DNA of 6,368 bases, taken from NCBI GenBank assembly GCA_964551375.1, contig CAZKBG010000004.1:1-6368 (forward strand). Reading direction: 5' to 3'. Shown here piece by piece: positions 1 to 4,377 of the stretch (the first letter of the stretch is position 1; each line of letters starts with the position of its first letter). The stretch is from an uncultured archaeon (lineage in GTDB: Archaea > Iainarchaeota > Iainarchaeia > Iainarchaeales > JAAZKV01). Both the position numbers and the translations under genes were made by a program. The notes under the pieces are model-generated. The model had not been told where the DNA came from, searched no databases, and worked only from the letters and a program-made list of their open reading frames with translations.

Positions 1-26
1 TTAGTTTTTAGGCTTATTTTGCCTAT

Positions 27-66
27 GAAGCTGACGCTATAGATATGGGCGGTTGACGCGGAGGTG
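27..66 (+). promoter_or_regulatory. Candidate kink-turn stem-loop in the L7Ae leader, directly abutting the Shine-Dalgarno GGAGGTG (60-66)
   Basis: Non-bulged strand: G33 A34 followed by C35 G36 C37. Bulged strand: G49 C50 G51, a 3-nt bulge G52 U53 U54, then G55 A56. C helix: C35-G51, G36-C50, C37-G49, U38-G48, closed by a 9-nt loop (39-47). Tandem sheared pairs G55-A34 and A56-G33 are possible, followed by C57-U32, G58-C31 and C59-G30. The SD begins at 60 and the ATG is at 73. This is a pattern match only, with no covariation or experimental support. Confidence 0.35.
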
Positions 67-72
67 TGTATT

Positions 73-435
73 ATGGCGGATTATATAAAAGTACAGCTAA
101 CAGCAGAACTAAAAGATCAGACAGTTGATTTAATAGAAAAAACTGCTAAAAAAGGAAAAATAAAAGCAGGGATTAACGAAGTAACAAAAGCAATTGAAAG
201 AGGAACTGCAAAAATGGTTATAATTGCAGAAGATGTTAGCCCTAAAGAAGTAGTAATGCACTTGCCGGTTTTGTGCGATGAAAAACAAGTGCCATTCAGC
301 TTTATTGCTACAAGAAAAGATCTTGGCGAAAAAGCAGGGCTTAGAACAGCAACAGCATCAATAGCAATTGTTGAAACAGACGCTGAAGCTGATTTAAAAG
401 ATTTGGGCAAAAAAATCGCAGACTTGAGAAAGTGA
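73..435 (+). CDS. rpl7ae: 50S ribosomal protein L7Ae (k-turn binding; also a C/D and H/ACA sRNP component)
   Basis: ORF 64-435. The product matches archaeal L7Ae over its full length by eye (GINEVTKAIERGTAKMVIIAEDVSPKEVVMHLPVLCDEKQVPF...LG.A.G). ATG 73 is preferred over GTG 64 because GGAGGTG (60-66) lies 6 nt upstream of it. Confidence 0.95.
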   Translation: MADYIKVQLTAELKDQTVDLIEKTAKKGKIKAGINEVTKAIERGTAKMVIIAEDVSPKEVVMHLPVLCDEKQVPFSFIATRKDLGEKAGLRTATASIAIVETDAEADLKDLGKKIADLRK

Positions 436-450
436 AGGGGTTGACTTGAT

Positions 451-663
451 ATGGCTGATGAAAGAGGAACACCCGCAGAAGTAGTTGAAATAGTAAAAAC
501 AACAGGCGTTCACGGAGAAGTTACACAAATTTTGTGCCGAATCATGGACGGGCCTGAAAAAGGACGCGTAAAAAGAAGAAACGCGCGCGGAAGCATACAA
601 AAAGGAGACATAATCATTTTGCTGGACACAGAAAGAGAAGCAAAAGAGATTAAGTCAAGGTAA
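451..663 (+). CDS. rps28e: 30S ribosomal protein S28e
   Basis: 70 aa. GTPAEVVEIVKTTGVHGEVTQILCRIMDG...RNARGSIQKGDIIILLDTEREAKEI is the typical S28e sequence. An SD-like GAAGGGG (434-440) lies upstream, and the gap from the L7Ae stop is 15 nt. Confidence 0.95.
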   Translation: MADERGTPAEVVEIVKTTGVHGEVTQILCRIMDGPEKGRVKRRNARGSIQKGDIIILLDTEREAKEIKSR

Positions 664-677
664 GGGGGGCGGTAAAA

Positions 678-905
678 ATGGTTAAATGTAGTTTTTGCGG
701 TTCAGACCTTCCAGTTGGCGGAGGTAAGATGTACGTTAAAAAAGAAGGTACAGTATTTTACTTTTGCTCAAACAAATGCGAAAAGAACCAGATTGAACTT
801 GGAAGAAAACCAGTTAAAACAAAATGGACTGAACAGTACAATAAATTGAAGAAAACTTTGCTTTCGGCAAAGAAAGAAGGAAACGAGAAGGAAAAAGCAA
901 AGTAA
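678..905 (+). CDS. rpl24e: 50S ribosomal protein L24e, with a Lys/Glu-rich C-terminal tail
   Basis: 75 aa. It has the N-terminal zinc-ribbon pattern CSFCG...(17 aa)...CSNKC and GKMYVKKEGTVFYFCSNKC, both typical of L24e. A G-rich SD-like run (664-669) lies 8 nt upstream of the ATG. Confidence 0.93.
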   Translation: MVKCSFCGSDLPVGGGKMYVKKEGTVFYFCSNKCEKNQIELGRKPVKTKWTEQYNKLKKTLLSAKKEGNEKEKAK

Positions 906-918
906 AAACTTTGCTTTC
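852..918 (+). repeat. Exact 14-nt direct repeat AAAACTTTGCTTTC (852-865 and 905-918) flanking the L24e stop codon
   Basis: Read directly from the sequence. Both copies are complementary to AAAGCAAAG at 894-902. Confidence 0.9.
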
Positions 919-937
919 TCTTTATTTTTTTATTTTT
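891..937 (+). terminator. Hairpin plus oligo-T terminator candidate after the L7Ae-S28e-L24e unit
   Basis: AAAGCAAAG (894-902) pairs with CTTTGCTTT (909-917) as a 9-bp stem with the 6-nt loop TAAAAA, which contains the L24e stop codon. A T7 run (925-931) and a T5 run (933-937) follow. Oligo-T tracts are the known archaeal termination signal. Confidence 0.45.
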
Positions 938-942
938 ATAAA
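933..942 (+). promoter_or_regulatory. TATA-box-like element (TTTTTATAAA) upstream of ndk
   Basis: This is an AT-only 10-mer in the largest intergenic gap of the cluster. With the usual archaeal spacing of about 26 nt, transcription would start near 963-967, just upstream of ATG 973 and downstream of GTG 949. Confidence 0.4.
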
Positions 943-972
943 TTCCTGGTGGGAAAAAAGGTGAACAAAAAA

Positions 973-1491
973 ATGATTGAAAGGACATTAGTTTTGATAA
1001 AGCCTGACGGAGTTCAAAGGGGACTAACTGGCAAAATAATCAAAAGATTTGAAAACGTCGGAATGAAAATAGTCGGAATGAGAATGGTTTGGATTGACGA
1101 AGAATTTGCTTCAAAACATTATGCTGATGTAAGGAACAGAAAAGGAGAAACAGTGTTTAAGGCGCTGTTAAAATTAATCACAATGGGGCCGGTTGTTGCA
1201 ATGGTGCTTGAAGGAATTGACGCTGTAGAAGTTGTAAGAAAGATGTGCGGGCCGACAGAGCCAAAATCCGCCCAGCCTGGGACAATCAGGGGCGATTATG
1301 CGCATGTAAGCTACGCATATTCAGACATTGTGGGCGAAGCGGTTAGAAATGTAATACACGCGTCAGGCTCAAAAGAAGAGGCAAAAGTTGAAGTTGGCAT
1401 GTGGTTCGCTGAAAACGAGATACATGATTATGATTCAGTTCACGATTTGCACATACTTCATAGAAAAGTCGAGCCGAAAAGAAAAAAGTGA
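973..1491 (+). CDS. ndk: Nucleoside diphosphate kinase
   Basis: ORF 949-1491. MIERTLVLIKPDGVQRGL..., GPVVAMVLEG, VVRKMCGPT, GTIRGDY and RNVIHASGS...WF are the canonical NDK blocks, with the catalytic His and the Lys/Tyr/Arg/Thr/Arg/Asn positions intact. ATG 973 is preferred because NDKs start about 2-3 residues before the RT.V.IKPDG strand and because of the TATA position. GTG 949 remains possible. Confidence 0.93.
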   Translation: MIERTLVLIKPDGVQRGLTGKIIKRFENVGMKIVGMRMVWIDEEFASKHYADVRNRKGETVFKALLKLITMGPVVAMVLEGIDAVEVVRKMCGPTEPKSAQPGTIRGDYAHVSYAYSDIVGEAVRNVIHASGSKEEAKVEVGMWFAENEIHDYDSVHDLHILHRKVEPKRKK

Positions 1492-1502
1492 GTTTATTTT
1501 TT

Positions 1503-1510
1503 AGAGGTGA
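1503..1510 (+). promoter_or_regulatory. Shine-Dalgarno AGAGGTGA serving the TTG start at 1515
   Basis: It matches the GGAGGTGA-type SD seen before rpl7ae, with a 4-nt spacer to TTG 1515. An in-frame TAA (1512-1514) excludes any upstream start. Confidence 0.55.
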
Positions 1511-1514
1511 ATAA

Positions 1515-1988
1515 TTGAGGTCGCTCATAATAGCAAGACCAGCTGCGCTAAATCTTGGACAGCTCTGGAAAATTATCCGCGAAATAGAGGATAATAAACT
1601 CAAGATTATAGGGCTAAAAGAAGCGCGGCTTGACATTCACTTTCTATCAAGCAGAGCCAAGGAAGAAAAATATGCGGCAAGGGCTGATAAATTCGCCGAA
1701 GGCGAAAAAGTCCCGTGCGTATTAATTGCAGTTGAAGGGGAAAAAGCAGAAGACATTGCAAAAGAAATCCAGGACAAATATTCCGGACTAGTGCATATTT
1801 CCTTAAATTCAGAAATTGCAAAATATGAAATACAAAGATTTTTTACAGCAGAAGAGATTTTTAGTTTTGATGTAGTTGAAAACGAGGTATTCTGGGGAAA
1901 AGAGAGCAGACAGTGGAAAAAAATTGTGAATATGAGCGTTAATGAAGTTGCAGAGGAAAGAAAAAAAGATTTGAAAGTTAAAAATTGA
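1515..1988 (+). CDS. Divergent NDK-like protein (Kpn loop deleted, catalytic residues partly lost) with a unique C-terminal tail; function unknown
   Basis: 157 aa with a TTG start. There is no in-frame ATG, GTG or TTG for the next ~130 codons, and an in-frame stop lies immediately upstream. Hand alignment to the neighbouring NDK gave three collinear blocks with 13/43, 5/21 and 9/26 identities (details in findings). The homology is my own alignment and is not confirmed by a profile search. Confidence 0.6.
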   Translation: MRSLIIARPAALNLGQLWKIIREIEDNKLKIIGLKEARLDIHFLSSRAKEEKYAARADKFAEGEKVPCVLIAVEGEKAEDIAKEIQDKYSGLVHISLNSEIAKYEIQRFFTAEEIFSFDVVENEVFWGKESRQWKKIVNMSVNEVAEERKKDLKVKN

Positions 1989-2032
1989 ATGCTGGCATTT
2001 AAAGATTATGAGTTGAAGTAAAAATTGATGAA

Positions 2033-3793
2033 GTGAATGTTATGATAAGACAGCCAATAATTACGGTTTTAGGGCACGTTGATCACGGCAAGACATCGCT
2101 TCTTGATGCCATTAGAAACTCAAGAGTTGCGGCAAAAGAACCAGGTGCAATAACACAGCACATAGGAGCAACCGAAGTTCCAATTGATGTAATACAAACA
2201 GTTGCAGGCCCGCTAATTAAGAAATTTGGATTTACTCTCTCAATTCCGGGACTGCTTTTTATTGATACACCGGGACATGAGGCATTTACAAACCTTAGAA
2301 AAAGAGGAGGAAGCATTGCGGATCTTGCAATACTCGTAATTGACGCCATGCAGGGAATACAACCACAAACCGTTGAAGCAATTGAAATTTTGCGAGCATA
2401 TAAAGTTCCTTTTGTAATAGCAATGACAAAAATTGACATGCTTAATTTTTACTCTTCAAACGAAGGAAGCTTTTTAGAAAATCACAATAATCAAAATGAA
2501 AGAACAAAACAATTATTTGACGAAAAGCTTTACACGTTAGTCGGAAAGCTATACGAACACGGATTTGAAGGGGAAAGATTTGACAGATGCGCATTTGGAA
2601 AACAAATACCAATCGTTCCAGTATCAGCGAAAACAAAAGAAGGGCTTCCTGAATTATTAACTTTACTTGCAGGACTTTCACAAAAGTTTTTGGAAAAGAA
2701 ACTTGAAATCAGCGCTGAAGAAAGCGCAAAAGCGGCAGTGCTTGAGTCAAAAGAAGAAAAAGGGTTGGGAAAAACAATTGATGTAATACTTTATCAGGGG
2801 ACACTAAAAGTAAATGATGAAATTGCAATGCTTGGAAAAAAAGGAGTAATAACAACAAAAATAAGGGCGTTACTTCAGCCAAAACCGCTTCAAGAAATGA
2901 GAATGACAAAAGAAAAATTCAGCTCAGTAAAAAGCGTTTCAGCGGCATGCGGAGTAAAAATCTCGGCTCCTGGACTTGATGATGTTTTAGCAGGCTCGGT
3001 TTTAACACAAGTAAAAACTGGAAAAGAAATAGACGAACTAAAAATGGATATGAAAGATTTTAATTATGCTTCAGAAAATAAAGGACTCATTGTAAAAGCT
3101 GACGCAATCGGCTCGCTTGAAGCAATGATAAACCTTTTGAAAAAAGAAGGTTATGTTCTTAGAAAAGCAGAGATTGGGAATATTACAAGAAAGGATGTAA
3201 TTGAAGCATATTCCCTCTTTTGCGAAGACCCCTATCTTGGAGTAATTTTAGGATTTAATGTTGCAATAGACGCTGATGCGGCTGATGAAGCTGCTAAAAA
3301 AGGGGTAAAAATATTCAGCGAAAAAGTAATTTATCACTTGATTGAAGGATACAAGAACTGGATGGAAGAAGCAAAAAAAGCCCAGAAAGCAAACGAGCTT
3401 ATGTCGCTTGTATGCCCTGTTGAAATTGAAGTAATTCGGGGAAAAGTTTTTAGAAATACAAAACCCGCAATTGTCGGAGTAAGAGTAAACGAAGGAAGGC
3501 TCCGCAATGGGTGGAGACTGATGAATAAAGAAGGCAAATTAATAGGCAAAGTGGAAGGAATGCAAAACGAAGGAAAAGCATTAACTGAAGCCAAAAAAGG
3601 CGAAGAAGTGGCAGTTTCAATTGACGGCGCAAATGTGGGCAGAAACCTATTTGAAGGGGACTTGCTTTACGCATGCATTCCGCTAAAACACTACGCAGGG
3701 CTTGAAAAATACGCATGTGAATTTACTACAGGCGAAAAGGAACTCTTAACCGAGATTAAGTCAAAGCAAAATGAGGAAATAAGCGACGAGTAA
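2033..3793 (+). CDS. infB: Translation initiation factor aIF5B (IF2/eIF5B family GTPase)
   Basis: 586 aa. RQPIITVLGHVDHGKTSLLDAIR (G1), ITQHIGAT, FIDTPGHEAF (G3), a G4 motif that reads TKID, VSAKTKEGLPELL (G5), and C-terminal domains collinear with archaeal aIF5B. The start is GTG 2033 or ATG 2042 (MIRQPII...). No intein-like insertion is present. Confidence 0.95.
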   Translation: MNVMIRQPIITVLGHVDHGKTSLLDAIRNSRVAAKEPGAITQHIGATEVPIDVIQTVAGPLIKKFGFTLSIPGLLFIDTPGHEAFTNLRKRGGSIADLAILVIDAMQGIQPQTVEAIEILRAYKVPFVIAMTKIDMLNFYSSNEGSFLENHNNQNERTKQLFDEKLYTLVGKLYEHGFEGERFDRCAFGKQIPIVPVSAKTKEGLPELLTLLAGLSQKFLEKKLEISAEESAKAAVLESKEEKGLGKTIDVILYQGTLKVNDEIAMLGKKGVITTKIRALLQPKPLQEMRMTKEKFSSVKSVSAACGVKISAPGLDDVLAGSVLTQVKTGKEIDELKMDMKDFNYASENKGLIVKADAIGSLEAMINLLKKEGYVLRKAEIGNITRKDVIEAYSLFCEDPYLGVILGFNVAIDADAADEAAKKGVKIFSEKVIYHLIEGYKNWMEEAKKAQKANELMSLVCPVEIEVIRGKVFRNTKPAIVGVRVNEGRLRNGWRLMNKEGKLIGKVEGMQNEGKALTEAKKGEEVAVSIDGANVGRNLFEGDLLYACIPLKHYAGLEKYACEFTTGEKELLTEIKSKQNEEISDE

Positions 3794-3830
3794 GAGGCTT
3801 AAAAGCGTTGCGAATTAGGAAATAATTACG

Positions 3831-3846
3831 TTATATGTATAAATTT
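3831..3846 (+). promoter_or_regulatory. TATA-like element (TTATATGTATAAATTT) upstream of rps6e
   Basis: This is an AT-only stretch 18-33 nt upstream of the ATG ATG at 3864/3867. The spacing would give a leaderless or near-leaderless transcript. Confidence 0.3.
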
Positions 3847-3863
3847 CTCAAATGAGGGGATTA

Positions 3864-4340
3864 ATGATGAAAGTAGTAATAAGCGACCAAAAAACAGGAA
3901 AAGCATACATGGCTAACTCTGACAAGGAGCTATTTGTAGGCAAAAAAATAGGAGAACAAATAAAGCTTGACGAAGTAGGTTTAGCTGGATTTGAAGCAAA
4001 GATAACCGGGGGAAGCGATAAACAAGGATTCCCAATGAGTTCATCAATGCCAGGATCAGCAAGAAAAAAAATCTTTACTTCTGACGCTCCAGGATTCAAC
4101 GCTTCAAGAAAAGGAGAAAGAAAAAGAATCTCAATGAGAGGCGGAACAGTATCTAATGACACTGCTCAATTAAATGTTATTGTAACAAAAGCAGGCTCGG
4201 CAAATTTGGCTGAAGTATTGGGAAAGAAAGAAGTAACTCCTGAAGAAACAATGAGCGCAAAAGAAAGAATGATTAAGAAAAGTCTTGAAACAGCAGGCTC
4301 AGCAGAGCTTGGAAGCGGAGTAAAGAAACCAAAACACTAA
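3864..4340 (+). CDS. rps6e: 30S ribosomal protein S6e
   Basis: ORF 3852-4340. MKVVISDQKTGKAY..., ITGGSDKQGFPM and ...RKGERKR.S.RG are typical of S6e. The start is probably ATG 3864 or 3867, since archaeal S6e begins close to the KVV.SD strand and an SD-like TGAGGGGAT lies at 3853-3861. ATG 3852 is less likely. Confidence 0.92.
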   Translation: MMKVVISDQKTGKAYMANSDKELFVGKKIGEQIKLDEVGLAGFEAKITGGSDKQGFPMSSSMPGSARKKIFTSDAPGFNASRKGERKRISMRGGTVSNDTAQLNVIVTKAGSANLAEVLGKKEVTPEETMSAKERMIKKSLETAGSAELGSGVKKPKH

Positions 4341-4377
4341 CTAAAATGCAGTGAAACGCATTTGATTTAGTGAAGGA

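Noticed and set aside
38-46. TATAGATAT as a TATA box for rpl7ae. This would give a near-leaderless mRNA starting at about 67-68.
   Set aside because: It is not fully excluded. However, a perfect GGAGGTG lies 6 nt upstream of ATG 73, and that SD would sit outside such a transcript. I therefore favour an upstream promoter, possibly outside the window. It is kept as the main alternative to the k-turn hypothesis.
2033-3793. Checked aIF5B, and also aIF2-gamma, for inteins or large insertions. Both are common intein hosts in archaea.
   Set aside because: Both proteins are collinear with their families at normal length, apart from the aIF2-gamma N-terminal tail. There are no Cys/Ser...HN-Cys/Ser/Thr splice-junction blocks or endonuclease-like inserts.
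3864-3922. A C/D-box-like pattern at the start of rps6e: AUGAUGA (3864-3870) and CUGA (3919-3922) 48 nt downstream. It could be an sRNA or an L7Ae-binding site.
   Set aside because: No internal D' or C' boxes occur at the expected spacing, and there is no terminal stem. The AUGAUGA is simply two consecutive Met codons followed by Lys, and CUGA is frequent by chance.
4344-4363. A small hairpin between rps6e and eif2g: AAATGC (4344-4349) pairs with GCATTT (4358-4363), with an 8-nt loop.
   Set aside because: The stem is only 6 bp and mostly A-T, with no following oligo-T run. It cannot be distinguished from chance in an AT-rich spacer.
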